DNA from: Oscillospiraceae bacterium
GTDB taxonomy: Bacteria > Bacillota > Clostridia > Oscillospirales > CAG-272
Assembly: GCA_015064395.1 (NCBI GenBank)
Contig: SVSH01000004.1
Coordinates: 6,901 to 70,900, forward strand
Reading direction: 5' to 3'
DNA: 64,000 nt
A program made the translations under genes and the position numbers. The notes under the pieces were generated by a model that made no database searches, was not told the origin of the DNA, and saw only the letters and a list, made by a program, of their open reading frames with translations. This document shows positions 35,847 to 45,737 of this stretch, piece after piece (positions within the stretch are counted from its first letter, which is position 1; every line of letters starts with the position of its first letter).

Positions 35847-37106
35847 ATGAGCCGAAAGTGGCGTTTTGACGTGTTGTGGCGCGCGTTGCGCCTGCGTCGC
35901 GGTGTCTCCGACGAGAAACAAGCCCCTCCCATCCGCGAAGTTCTGACGGACGAGGGCTACTACCGTGAGATCTCTCTGCGCTACGGTACGGCACAGATCG
36001 TGTGTATCATGCTGCTTGCCGTCTTTGTTGCCGTTTCGCTGGTGACCAATACCGAGCTGCTCTCGGCTAATAATCTGATCTATTTTGCCAAGGATCTGAC
36101 CAGATCTATCGCCATGAGGGAGACCGAAGCACGGGATACGCTGGTCTATTCGGCCGATTCGGATAATCAGTTTGCTCTGTACCGTGACGGCCTTGCTACG
36201 CTCGGCAAGAATAAACTCACCGTATTTACCGCCACGGGCCGCGAGGCGCATTCGCACCTGCTGTCCTATGCGACGCCCCGCCTTGTGACCTCGGGTCGCT
36301 ATCTGTTAGCCTACAACCTCGGGGGCAGAGAGTTTGGCTTGTATAATTCCTTTACCAGCGTCAAGCAGGCGACCGTGTCTCAAAACATCCGTGGGGCGGC
36401 GATGTGCAACAAGGGCTACTATTGCTTGATCACCGACGGGGAGGCGAGTGAGAGCCAAGTCCTTTTGTACAACGACAGCCACCGTATGATCTCGCGCTAC
36501 TCCTTGCAGGAATATACTGTATGCGCCGATATCCGGGACGATGGTAAAGAGATGGCCATCGTGTCCGTCTCCGCGCAAAACGGACGCATGGTGACGCACG
36601 TGGCGCTCGTCACGCCCGGGGCTACTGAATGGGGTGCTTCCTGGACGATCCCCGACGTCTATGCCGTGCAGTGCCATTACACGAGTGATGGCAATCTTCT
36701 CCTGCTTTCCACCAATGCCGTGTATTGGTTTGACGCCTCCGGACAAATGCTGCAAACACACGCCTTTTCGCCGGATGACGTGCTCTCCTTCCGCGCCGAC
36801 GGCGAGAGCTGTCTGCTTTTGTCGCGTGCCAACGCCTATGACAATTCCACCCGCGTGGAAGCGTTTGACAAAGCGGGAAATCGGGTGTATAATATGACTG
36901 TTGAAGAGGCAGTGCTGGACGCCGCTTGGGACGGCGGGGCACTGGCGGTCCTGACCCGAGACCGGCTGACGGTTTACCCGGCGGATTCCGCACAGGACAG
37001 TGTAAGTGTGTCCTTGAAGGAAGGCTATCGCACGCTTTTGATCTGCGAAAACAATGAATTCATGCTCTGCGGAGATGCCAAGGCGATCACCGTACAGCCG
37101 AATTGA
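35847..37106 (+). CDS. membrane-anchored beta-propeller-like hypothetical protein (DUF5711-like)
   Basis: One N-terminal TM followed by repeated short beta-strand units; directly upstream of cvpA. Confidence 0.6.
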   Translation: MSRKWRFDVLWRALRLRRGVSDEKQAPPIREVLTDEGYYREISLRYGTAQIVCIMLLAVFVAVSLVTNTELLSANNLIYFAKDLTRSIAMRETEARDTLVYSADSDNQFALYRDGLATLGKNKLTVFTATGREAHSHLLSYATPRLVTSGRYLLAYNLGGREFGLYNSFTSVKQATVSQNIRGAAMCNKGYYCLITDGEASESQVLLYNDSHRMISRYSLQEYTVCADIRDDGKEMAIVSVSAQNGRMVTHVALVTPGATEWGASWTIPDVYAVQCHYTSDGNLLLLSTNAVYWFDASGQMLQTHAFSPDDVLSFRADGESCLLLSRANAYDNSTRVEAFDKAGNRVYNMTVEEAVLDAAWDGGALAVLTRDRLTVYPADSAQDSVSVSLKEGYRTLLICENNEFMLCGDAKAITVQPN

Positions 37107-37148
37107 CCGTCATAAGCTTTTTATTTTCGAAACGAGGGAACCTTTGTT

Positions 37149-37871
37149 ATGAAATATTTTCTCGATATATCGCTCGTGCTGCTGATCGTGCTGACGGTGA
37201 TCCTTTGCTGGAAAAAAGGATTTATCCGTTCCGTGTTTGGCGTAGCAAAAAACCTTGCGGCAATTATCATCACCTATATGCTGGGCTCGACGGCTTCTGC
37301 CTGGATCTCCGAGCATCTGGTCACCCATCGGGTCACGGATTATGTCCATGATCGCCTGCTTTCCATGTTTGAAGCAGGCGCTGAAACCTTCGACCTCACC
37401 CACATCTTGGATAACATCCCCTCCTGGGTCGAAATCTTTTTCCAAAAGGGCGGCCTGGATGCCGATGCGCTGGCAGGACAGCTGGGAAGCCTGACGGAGG
37501 CAGATGCCACATCCTTGGAGGCCCTGGCCACCTCGCTGGCTTCCCCCATTACCCAAATGATCTCGGATTTTCTTGGATACACGTTGGTCTTTTTGGTATC
37601 GCTTTTGGTGCTGACCATTTTAGCACGTCTTTTGTACAAGGTTGCCGAGCTGCCCGTGATCCGTAACGTTGACCATTTGCTTGGATTGGCGCTTGGTGTT
37701 TTGTGTGCTGTTTTGTACGCCTCCGCCTATACGTTGCTTTTGTTCGCTTTGCTCAGCATGATCGAGGGCGTTCAACCTGATTTTGCTTTCCACGAAGCGT
37801 ATGAGCAAACGATTATTTTCCAAAAAATATACAGCATCAACCTGTTCCGCTTCATATTCGGCATCGGTTGA
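37149..37871 (+). CDS. CvpA family membrane protein
   Basis: LDI..., WKKGFIRSV and IRNVDHLLGLALG motifs; multiple TM segments. Confidence 0.85.
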   Translation: MKYFLDISLVLLIVLTVILCWKKGFIRSVFGVAKNLAAIIITYMLGSTASAWISEHLVTHRVTDYVHDRLLSMFEAGAETFDLTHILDNIPSWVEIFFQKGGLDADALAGQLGSLTEADATSLEALATSLASPITQMISDFLGYTLVFLVSLLVLTILARLLYKVAELPVIRNVDHLLGLALGVLCAVLYASAYTLLLFALLSMIEGVQPDFAFHEAYEQTIIFQKIYSINLFRFIFGIG

Positions 37872-37919
37872 GGTTGCATCAGACAGAAAGGATAGGCCAG
37901 CGTTGGCCGTGGTAAATAG

Positions 37920-40316
37920 ATGATCAAATGTGCAAGATGCCGGAAGCGTCCGGCGATGATCTTTGTGACCAAGGTGGAAAACGGTCAGAAAAGCAGCGAG
38001 GGACTCTGTATCGTCTGCGCCAAGGAGATCGGACTGCCCCTGGAGAACATGATGGGTGGCGCCCTGGATAAGCTGGGATTGACCCCCGAGCAGCTGGCCG
38101 GCATGAGTGAGGAAATGGAGCAAATGCTGGAGTCCGGCATGGGGATGGAGTCCGAGGGGCTTGACGAGATGGAGGATTCCGACGACAACGAAGAGGGCAC
38201 AGATGCCGCCGAATCCAAAAAGAAGGGAAGCGAGCACGTCGTTCCCACCTTTGACTTCCGCAAGCTGTTTGAGCAGGCGGGACTGATCTCGGCGCAAAAG
38301 CCCAACGTTCCCACCCCCGGCGAGGAACAAAAGGGCGAGGGCAAGCCCAAGGGCGAGCGCGCCCCCAAGGATCATGACAAAAAGTATAAATATCTGCCGG
38401 CATACTGCCGCAATCTGACCAAGAGCGCAAAGGAGGGCAAGCTCGACCGCATCATCGGCCGTGACAAGGAGCTTTCCCGCGTCATTCAGATCCTTTGCCG
38501 CAGACAAAAGAATAACCCCTGCCTGATCGGCGAGCCGGGTGTCGGTAAGACGGCCATCGCAGAAGCCTTGGCTTTGCGCATTGCCGAGGGCAACGTGCCG
38601 TATAAGCTCAAAAACAAGGTGATCTACCTGTTGGATCTGACCTCGCTCGTTGCGGGCACGCAGTTCCGCGGCCAGTTTGAGGCGCGCATCCAGGGCTTGA
38701 TCAATGAGATCAAGGACGCGGGCAACGTGCTGCTGGTCATCGACGAGGTGCATAACCTGGTCGGCACCGGTAACTCGGAGGGCAGCATGAACGCCGCCAA
38801 TATCCTCAAGCCCGCCCTGTCGCGCGGCGAGATCCAGGTGATTGGCGCGACTACCCTTAACGAGTACCGTAAATTCATCGAAAAGGATGCAGCCCTTGAG
38901 CGCCGCTTCCAGCCCGTCATCGTTGACGAGCCCTCGGTGGACGATACGGTGGATATGCTGCGTGGGATCAAGCATTATTACGAGGAGTTCCACGGTATCA
39001 TCATTCCCGACGACCTTTTGCGGCGCACCGTCGTGCTGTCCGAGCGCTATATCACCGACCGCTACCTGCCCGATAAGGCCATTGACCTGCTCGACGAGGC
39101 GGCTTCGTACTTGTCGCTCAATACGGCGGTCATCAACGAATCGTATGATATTCGGGATCAGCTCCTTAAGCTCAAGGCTGAGCGCGAAGCACTGGAGGCC
39201 CAGACCGGCTCGCTTGAGGGGGCGGACGCCCAGCGCAATTACGAGCAGATCGCGCAGATCCGCGCCAAGGAGCTCAAGCTCTCTGACCGCCTGCACAAGA
39301 TCGAACCCGAATGCGCCAAGGTATACCTGACGGTCGAGCAACTGGCCGCTGTGATCGAGGTGTGGACGGGCGTTCCCGCCAGCACCATCGGAGAGAACGA
39401 ATTTGAAAAGCTGTCCCGCCTGGAGGATAACCTCAAGACCCGTATCGTCGGTCAGGACGAGGCCGTTCGCGCCGTCGTTCGCGCCATCAAGCGCAACCGC
39501 GCGGGCATTTCCTATAAGAGAAAGCCGGTGTCCTTCATTTTTGCAGGTCCTACCGGTGTGGGTAAGACGGAGCTGGTCAAGACCATTGCCGCCGAGCTGT
39601 TCCACACGCCCGAGACGCTGATCCGACTGGATATGTCCGAGTTTATGGAGAAGCACTCTGTTTCCAGAATCATCGGAGCGCCTCCCGGATACGTGGGCTA
39701 CGACGAGGCCGGGCAGTTGACCGAAAAGATCCGCCGCCATCCCTATTCCGTCGTGTTGTTCGACGAGATCGAAAAGGCACACCCTGACGTGCTCAACATT
39801 CTGCTTCAGATCCTGGACGACGGCCGTATCACCGACGCCGGCGGCAAGACGGTCAACTTTGAGAACGTCATTCTCATCATGACCACCAACGCAGGCTCCG
39901 ACCGCACTTCCTCCGCTATCGGCTTTTTCGAGGACGGAAAGTCGCTTGCAGAAAGCAAGACGGAAAAGGCACTGTCGAGCTTTTTGCGCCCCGAGTTTAT
40001 CAACCGCGTGGACGAGATCATCACCTTCCGTTCGCTCGACGAAAAGGATTTTGCCCGCATCGCAGGTATCATGCTGGGGGATCTGGCCAAGGCTTTGAAG
40101 GAAAAGGACATGAACTTCACCTATACGCCTGCGGCCGCATCTCTTATTGCCCAAAGATCCTTCTCGCAAAAGTTTGGCGCACGCCATATGCGCCGCTTCA
40201 TTCAGCGTGAGGTGGAGGATATGCTGGCAGAGAAGATCTTAGCCGACCAAAAGCACGCCATCACCCAGATCCGACTGTCTGTCAGCGGTGGTCAGCTCGT
40301 GCTTGACTGTATGTGA
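37920..40316 (+). CDS. ATP-dependent Clp protease ATP-binding subunit with N-terminal C4 Zn finger (ClpE-type)
   Basis: CARC...CIVC N-terminus with no Clp-N repeats; two AAA+ modules ([16 protein letters not shown]); RLDMSEFME; IGF loop. Confidence 0.9.
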   Translation: MIKCARCRKRPAMIFVTKVENGQKSSEGLCIVCAKEIGLPLENMMGGALDKLGLTPEQLAGMSEEMEQMLESGMGMESEGLDEMEDSDDNEEGTDAAESKKKGSEHVVPTFDFRKLFEQAGLISAQKPNVPTPGEEQKGEGKPKGERAPKDHDKKYKYLPAYCRNLTKSAKEGKLDRIIGRDKELSRVIQILCRRQKNNPCLIGEPGVGKTAIAEALALRIAEGNVPYKLKNKVIYLLDLTSLVAGTQFRGQFEARIQGLINEIKDAGNVLLVIDEVHNLVGTGNSEGSMNAANILKPALSRGEIQVIGATTLNEYRKFIEKDAALERRFQPVIVDEPSVDDTVDMLRGIKHYYEEFHGIIIPDDLLRRTVVLSERYITDRYLPDKAIDLLDEAASYLSLNTAVINESYDIRDQLLKLKAEREALEAQTGSLEGADAQRNYEQIAQIRAKELKLSDRLHKIEPECAKVYLTVEQLAAVIEVWTGVPASTIGENEFEKLSRLEDNLKTRIVGQDEAVRAVVRAIKRNRAGISYKRKPVSFIFAGPTGVGKTELVKTIAAELFHTPETLIRLDMSEFMEKHSVSRIIGAPPGYVGYDEAGQLTEKIRRHPYSVVLFDEIEKAHPDVLNILLQILDDGRITDAGGKTVNFENVILIMTTNAGSDRTSSAIGFFEDGKSLAESKTEKALSSFLRPEFINRVDEIITFRSLDEKDFARIAGIMLGDLAKALKEKDMNFTYTPAAASLIAQRSFSQKFGARHMRRFIQREVEDMLAEKILADQKHAITQIRLSVSGGQLVLDCM

Positions 40317-40362
40317 TTTTGTTTGAATAGCCCGTAAAATTCAGCAAGAAAGGAGGACGAAT

Positions 40363-43167
40363 ATGCAACAACCGATGGAGCAGTGGCATACCATGTCGAT
40401 CGACGAAGTACAAGCACGCTTGAAAACCGACGCTGAGCACGGACTCAGCCCCAAGATCGCGCGCAGACGCCTTGAACGCTTTGGACGCAACGAACTGTTT
40501 TTGCCCGAGCCGTGTAGCCTCAAGGCCTGCATTCTGCGTATTTTGTCCGATACCTCCTTGCTCGTTCTTGCCTTTATCTGCCTGATCGCCCTGTTCTTTG
40601 GACGCTTTGCCACCTCGCTGACGGTGCTGTTCGTCCTGGCGGTCAGTTGTGCGGTCAGCGTGGCCGCTTATCTCAAGACCAATCGCATCAAGGAGGCGAT
40701 GAGCAGCTATTCTGCGCCTCGCGTCCGCGTTGTGCGGGGAGACCGCGTCCTGCTTTGCGATGCGGCGAGCATCGTCCCCGGAGACGTTTTGCTGTTGCGG
40801 GAGGGGGACGTCGTTCCTTGTGACGCCCGCCTGGTCTCTTCCTCGCCCGACTTTTGCGTGCTGACCTATCACTGTGACGAGCGAGGCAAGGTCAGCTATT
40901 ATCCTTCCCCCAAGGATGCCGGTGTCGTCTATAGCCGCCAAGATAATGAGCCTATCCTCAAACGGGCCAATATGGTCTTTGCGGCCGCTGTGGTGCATCA
41001 GGGCGAGGCGCGCGCCATCGTCACCGAAACGGGCGAAGCAACACTGATCGCCTCCGAGCAAGGTCCGCACCCGCTGGCCATGCCGGTGGGAGATCCCGGC
41101 TATCTCTCCCCCATGCGTAAGTACATGAACCGCTACAGCATCATTATGTGCGCCCTGATCCTTCCCGTGACCATCATCGGCATCTTTGCGGGCAGGGGAA
41201 GCGTTGACATTTTGGACGTGCTGCTCTTGACGGTGTCGCTCGTGGTGTCCTCCATGAATGAGCAGCTGCTTTCCATGGGACGCATCGTTTGCGCCTGTGC
41301 GGTCATTCGTGCATCCTATGCATCCAATAAGGAAAACGCGGCGATCATTAAAAACTATGCCGCACTGGATTCGCTTTGCCACGTAGACGATCTGTTTTTG
41401 CTTGGCAGAACGGCACTGTCCGACGGACATTTGCACCCTTACGCCGCCTATACCGCCCAGGGCCTGTTTATCGGTCACAAGCTGAAAAACCCGGCGGTCT
41501 CTCAAATGTATGAAACGGTGTATCGCTACGAGCGCTGTATTGAACAAAACGGCCTGATCTACGAACAGCAGGAAAATGCAGAGGAGTGGATCTCGGGCGT
41601 GCATCAGCTGGGAGATCTTTTGTCCTTTGACCGCGCGTCTGCCGATATCCGAACGCTGTCTCTGCGTCCCGTTGAGGTAGCTCCCGAATGGGTGGAGGTC
41701 GTGATGCGCCCGACAGCGGAGAATGCGGCCGAGCGCCGCTTCCGTATCCATCGCTGTACCCAGCCGGAGCCTCTGTTGCGCTGCAACGCAAGCAATAAGG
41801 GCGGCAAAACGGTAGCCTTGGAGGAATCCGAGCGCAAGATGCTGTTTGATATTTTCTGCCGCCTGAAAAACCAGGGGACAGAGGTGTGCGCTTACCTTCG
41901 TGAGGAGCGAGGATACGTCATCTTTGAGGGTATTTTGTCCTTCCGTGAGGCGTTTGATCCCGGCTTGCGGGAAACGCGCCGCCAGTTGGACGAAAGCCAC
42001 GTCCGCATTTCGCTGTTTTTGCCGGAGGAGGGCAACTATTATTTGAATTATCTGCTGTCCGCAGGATGGATCGATTCGGAGTCAGAGGTAGTCTCGGCTT
42101 CCCGCGTGGCGGCCGTCGGTAAGACGCTGGCTGATGTTTTCGATAAGAAGAGAGTCTTTTTGGGCTTCTCGGACGAGGAGATCGCAGAACAGATCCGTCT
42201 TTGCCGTGACATGGGTCGGACGACGGCGAGCCTGGGACTTCGCCACGGCGATTCTCCCGCCATGACACCGGCGAATATCTGCTTTAGCTGTGAGAGCCGC
42301 CAGTATAGCTCGGATGCCCCCAACGAGGCGAGCATCGAGCCGCTCTCACTCCAGACGATCGACGAGTGCGACCAGTCCGTCCGCCGCAACGCTGACGTTC
42401 TGATCCGCCGCGCAGGGCCGGATGGCGGCGGGCTTTCGGGCATCGCCAACGCCATATACACCGCCCGCGCCATCAGCTTTCGTATGATGCTGACCATGCA
42501 ATACCTGCTGGTCGCTCAACTGTTGCGTGTGACGCTGGTCGCCTTGCCGCTTTTGCTTGGCTGGTTGACTATCTCTCCCGCCTTGCTGCTCATCAGCGGC
42601 GTGTGGGTCGATCTCGCCTATATTTTGGTTTGCGCGTTCCATCATTGCAGCCTTGACGTGCTACGCGATGCACCCGACTATGACCGTTTCTTCAAGTCTC
42701 CCTTGCGTAGCCGCCCCGACTGGGTGTGCGCGACGCTGATCTGTGGCGCCTTTACTACGCTGGCAGGCTGGATTTTGAAGGGAACCGGTGTAGCACCGCA
42801 AGGAAACGGACTGCAGCTGTACATCTTCTTGGCACTGCTTGCCGCGCAGACCTGCCTGCTCCTGTGTCTCTTGCGCGTGGCGGGATCGTTTGCGGGGAAT
42901 TGGAAGGCACACGCATCGTCCCTCTTGATCCTTTTGGCCTTGCTGGGTATCCTTTGCCCGATCCTCTTGATCTCGCCCATTGCCGCTTGGTTCGGCGCGG
43001 GCGGTATGTCCGTCCTGATCGTCGTGTTCTCGCTGTTTGCGCCGCTGTATTTGTTGGGTAGCTACTTTATCTCGCTGTCCTATCGACCGAGATTCATGCG
43101 CATCATTCGTGATACTTTTGGAAAAATCGGAAGAAATTCCGGAAAGAATGACACCCCCCGTGAATAA
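40363..43167 (+). CDS. P2A-type ATPase homologue lacking all catalytic motifs (probable pseudo-pump)
   Basis: Retains GLSPKIARRRLERFGRNEL, IVPGDVLLLREGDVVPCDARL, RANMVF and the C-terminal TM bundle; lacks DKTGT, TGES, PEGL, KGAPE, TGD and GDGxND. Confidence 0.85.
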   Translation: MQQPMEQWHTMSIDEVQARLKTDAEHGLSPKIARRRLERFGRNELFLPEPCSLKACILRILSDTSLLVLAFICLIALFFGRFATSLTVLFVLAVSCAVSVAAYLKTNRIKEAMSSYSAPRVRVVRGDRVLLCDAASIVPGDVLLLREGDVVPCDARLVSSSPDFCVLTYHCDERGKVSYYPSPKDAGVVYSRQDNEPILKRANMVFAAAVVHQGEARAIVTETGEATLIASEQGPHPLAMPVGDPGYLSPMRKYMNRYSIIMCALILPVTIIGIFAGRGSVDILDVLLLTVSLVVSSMNEQLLSMGRIVCACAVIRASYASNKENAAIIKNYAALDSLCHVDDLFLLGRTALSDGHLHPYAAYTAQGLFIGHKLKNPAVSQMYETVYRYERCIEQNGLIYEQQENAEEWISGVHQLGDLLSFDRASADIRTLSLRPVEVAPEWVEVVMRPTAENAAERRFRIHRCTQPEPLLRCNASNKGGKTVALEESERKMLFDIFCRLKNQGTEVCAYLREERGYVIFEGILSFREAFDPGLRETRRQLDESHVRISLFLPEEGNYYLNYLLSAGWIDSESEVVSASRVAAVGKTLADVFDKKRVFLGFSDEEIAEQIRLCRDMGRTTASLGLRHGDSPAMTPANICFSCESRQYSSDAPNEASIEPLSLQTIDECDQSVRRNADVLIRRAGPDGGGLSGIANAIYTARAISFRMMLTMQYLLVAQLLRVTLVALPLLLGWLTISPALLLISGVWVDLAYILVCAFHHCSLDVLRDAPDYDRFFKSPLRSRPDWVCATLICGAFTTLAGWILKGTGVAPQGNGLQLYIFLALLAAQTCLLLCLLRVAGSFAGNWKAHASSLLILLALLGILCPILLISPIAAWFGAGGMSVLIVVFSLFAPLYLLGSYFISLSYRPRFMRIIRDTFGKIGRNSGKNDTPRE

Positions 43168-43224
43168 AATGAAGCAAGCAGGCTTTGATTTGACCGAGCT
43201 TGCTGAATACTGGGAGGTGGGGAA

Positions 43225-43539
43225 GTGTCGCGTTGTACGACGGTATCATTAAAAAAGAAGGAAATCATCAATCTTTGCGACGGCTCGCGTCTGGGATTTG
43301 CGACCGATTTTGAGTTCGATCCCAAGTGCGCGACACTGACGGCTTTGCTCGTGCCGCGCGGCGGATGTGGATTTTTGGGGCTTGGCAAACCGGAATATCT
43401 GTTCATCCCTTGGTGTAAGATCGAATGCATCGGGGAGGATACGATCCTTGTGCGTATATCACACGAAGAGGAACGAGCGTTGACGAGTTCCATTTGCAAT
43501 GATTCGTGTGAGAGTAAGAAAAGTAAAACCAATTGTTAA
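43225..43539 (+). CDS. YlmC/YmxH family sporulation PRC-barrel protein
   Basis: KEIINLCDGSRLG..D.E, IPWCKIECIGEDTILV; GGGAGG RBS with a GTG start. Confidence 0.9.
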   Translation: MSRCTTVSLKKKEIINLCDGSRLGFATDFEFDPKCATLTALLVPRGGCGFLGLGKPEYLFIPWCKIECIGEDTILVRISHEEERALTSSICNDSCESKKSKTNC

Positions 43540-43565
43540 CAAATTGTAAATTATAGCACATTCTG

Positions 43566-43594
43566 TTGAAAGTTGGAACGGGATGTGCTATAAT
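43566..43594 (+). promoter_or_regulatory. sigmaA promoter for rpsB-tsf
   Basis: TTGAAA-N17-TATAAT with TGn. Confidence 0.75.
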
Positions 43595-43640
43595 TTCTTG
43601 TAATTGCGGAAATTGCCAAAAGTGCGTCCGCAATACAAAA

Positions 43641-43710
43641 AATACACACACATAACGGCGTGCGTTCGGTGCCTTTCGGGGTGATGAGCACGAGACTTAT
43701 GTGGTGGAAA
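43641..43710 (+). ncRNA. rpsB leader (S2 autoregulatory, t44-like)
   Basis: ACACAC followed by nested stems (CACATAA/TTATGTG, CGTGC/GCACG) and GGTGCC, in the 5' UTR of rpsB. Confidence 0.65.
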
Positions 43711-43731
43711 AAACCGAAGGAGGACATTGAA

Positions 43732-44460
43732 ATGTCTATCATTACCATCAAGCAGCTGCTTGAAGCAGGTGTTCATTTCGGACACCACACCAGAAGATGG
43801 AACCCCAAGATGCAGGAGTACATCTTTACCGAGAGAAACGGCATCTATATCATCGACCTGCAGAAGACGGTCAAGAAGTTCGAGGAAGCTTATATGTTTG
43901 TCCGCGAGCTGTCTGCGCAGGGCGGCACCCTTCTGTTCGTCGGCACCAAGAAGCAGGCGGCAGAGGCCATCAAGGAAGAGGCTACCCGCTGCGGTATGTA
44001 CTACGTGAACAACCGTTGGCCCGGCGGCATGATGACCAACTTCAAGACCATCAAAAAGTCCATCGCTCGTCTGAACAGCCTGAACAAGATGCAGGAGGAC
44101 GGCACCTTCAATCTGCTGCCTAAGAAAGAGGTTGCAGGTCTGCAGAAGGAAGCCTTCGACCTGGAGAAGAACCTGGGCGGTATCAAGACCATGGATACGC
44201 TGCCTTCCGCGATCTTCATCGTTGACCCCCACAAGGAAAGAAACGCAGTTCTCGAGGCAAAGAAGCTGGGTATCCCGGTTATCGCTATCGTTGACACCAA
44301 CTGCGATCCCGACGACGCTGACTACGTGATCCCCGGTAACGACGACGCGATCCGCGCCATCAAGCTGATCTCCTCCGTTCTGGCTGACGCTATGATCGAG
44401 GGCAGACAGGGCGAGCAGAACGCTCCCGAGGCTACCGAAGAGACCGCATCCGAGGAATAA
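43732..44460 (+). CDS. rpsB: 30S ribosomal protein S2
   Basis: [22 protein letters not shown] and [10 protein letters not shown] motifs. Confidence 0.99.
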   Translation: MSIITIKQLLEAGVHFGHHTRRWNPKMQEYIFTERNGIYIIDLQKTVKKFEEAYMFVRELSAQGGTLLFVGTKKQAAEAIKEEATRCGMYYVNNRWPGGMMTNFKTIKKSIARLNSLNKMQEDGTFNLLPKKEVAGLQKEAFDLEKNLGGIKTMDTLPSAIFIVDPHKERNAVLEAKKLGIPVIAIVDTNCDPDDADYVIPGNDDAIRAIKLISSVLADAMIEGRQGEQNAPEATEETASEE

Positions 44461-44512
44461 TTTTCACATTCCGAGTTTCCCAACAAAATAATCAGAAAAG
44501 AGGATTTTGAAC

Positions 44513-45439
44513 ATGGCTAACATTACGGCAAAAGACGTAGCTGAACTTCGTGCAAAGACCGGTCTGGGTATGATGGACTGCAAGAAGGCACTGGTTGAGG
44601 CTGACGGTGATATGGATAAGGCAGTAACCATCCTTCGTGAGAAGGGCCTGGCTACCGCTGCTAAAAAGGAAAGCAGAATCGCAGCTGACGGTATCGTTAA
44701 GCTGATGAACAAGGGCGACGCTTACGCTATGATCGAGGTCAACTCCGAGACCGACTTCGTTGCTAAGAACGCTTCCTTCCAGGAGTTTGTTGATGGCGTT
44801 CTGGCTACCATCCTGGAGAGCAAGCCCGCTGACGTTGACGCGCTGCTCAAGGCTACCTACGTTGGTACCGACAGCACCGTTGAGAGCGTTCTCGTCGAGA
44901 AGATCGCTCAGATCGGTGAGAAGCTGAGCATCCGCCGCTTCGTCATCGTTGAGGGTAACGCTGTTTCCACCTACGTTCACGGTAACGGCTCCATCGGCGT
45001 TTTGGTTAAGTTCGACACCGACGTGGCTGACAAGGACGGCTTCGCTGCATTTGCAAAGAACATCGCTCTGCAGATCGGCGCATACCCCACTCCTTACCTG
45101 TGCCGCGAAGAGGTTCCCGCTTCCGTTCTGGAGGAGGAGAAGAACATTCTGCTGGCTCAGATCGCAAACGATCCCGCCAACGCAAAGAAGCCCGATGCTA
45201 TCAAGGAAAAGATGGTTCAGGGTCGTATCAGCAAGTTCTACGACAACAACTGCCTGGTTGACATGACCTACGTCAAGGACGAGGACATGAAGGTCGGCAA
45301 GTACGTCGAGTCCGTTGCTAAGGAGCTGGGCGGCAATATCGCTATCGCCGGCTTCTTCCGCTTCGAAAAGGGCGAGGGCATCCAGAAGAGAGAAGAGAAC
45401 TTCGCTGAGGAGATCGCGAAGATGACCGCTGGCAAGTAA
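44513..45439 (+). CDS. tsf: elongation factor Ts
   Basis: LRAKTGLGMMDCKKAL, EVNSETDFVAKN and RFEKGEGI motifs. Confidence 0.99.
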   Translation: MANITAKDVAELRAKTGLGMMDCKKALVEADGDMDKAVTILREKGLATAAKKESRIAADGIVKLMNKGDAYAMIEVNSETDFVAKNASFQEFVDGVLATILESKPADVDALLKATYVGTDSTVESVLVEKIAQIGEKLSIRRFVIVEGNAVSTYVHGNGSIGVLVKFDTDVADKDGFAAFAKNIALQIGAYPTPYLCREEVPASVLEEEKNILLAQIANDPANAKKPDAIKEKMVQGRISKFYDNNCLVDMTYVKDEDMKVGKYVESVAKELGGNIAIAGFFRFEKGEGIQKREENFAEEIAKMTAGK

Positions 45440-45441
45440 AC

Positions 45442-45537
45442 TTGCCAGCAGAAGAAATCTCGCTTCGCGAAATTTCTTCCCGCGACAAGAAACTTTGCCG
45501 GCAAAAGAATTTTGCTTTTCAAAATTCTTCCTGTAGC
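45442..45537 (+). repeat. two diverged tandem copies of a hairpin-forming unit (period 53 nt)
   Basis: TTGCCaGCAgAAGAA..GCTT..AAATTTCTTCC vs TTGCCgGCAaAAGAA..GCTT..AAAATTCTTCC; each copy folds into a hairpin. Confidence 0.6.
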
Positions 45538-45557
45538 GGGTATTCTTACTCTGCACA

Positions 45558-45591
45558 AACAAAGGACATTCCGCATGGGATGTCCTTTGTT
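45558..45591 (+). terminator. intrinsic terminator after tsf
   Basis: AACAAAGGACATTCC / GGGATGTCCTTTGTT 15-bp stem. Confidence 0.8.
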
Positions 45592-45654
45592 GTATTATGG
45601 TACCAATATTTTTTGAAAAACTGGAAAAATCCGAGATAAATTTACAAAATGCTG

Positions 45655-45683
45655 TTTACAAAATCGGTGTTTTGTAGTAAAAT
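45655..45683 (+). promoter_or_regulatory. sigmaA promoter for pyrH-frr
   Basis: TTTACA-N17-TAAAAT. Confidence 0.6.
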
Positions 45684-45737
45684 ATATGCGAGTTAGGCAA
45701 ACGGCGCACTTTGTGCGCTTATTTTGAGGAGTTCTAT

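Noticed and set aside
37620-42000. Long minus-strand ORFs (855 aa and 572 aa) opposite clpE and the pseudo-ATPase
   Set aside because: Antisense shadows of well-supported genes; no independent signals.
45442-45537. Possible mini-CRISPR
   Set aside because: Only two degenerate copies, no unique 30-40-nt spacer, and no cas genes.
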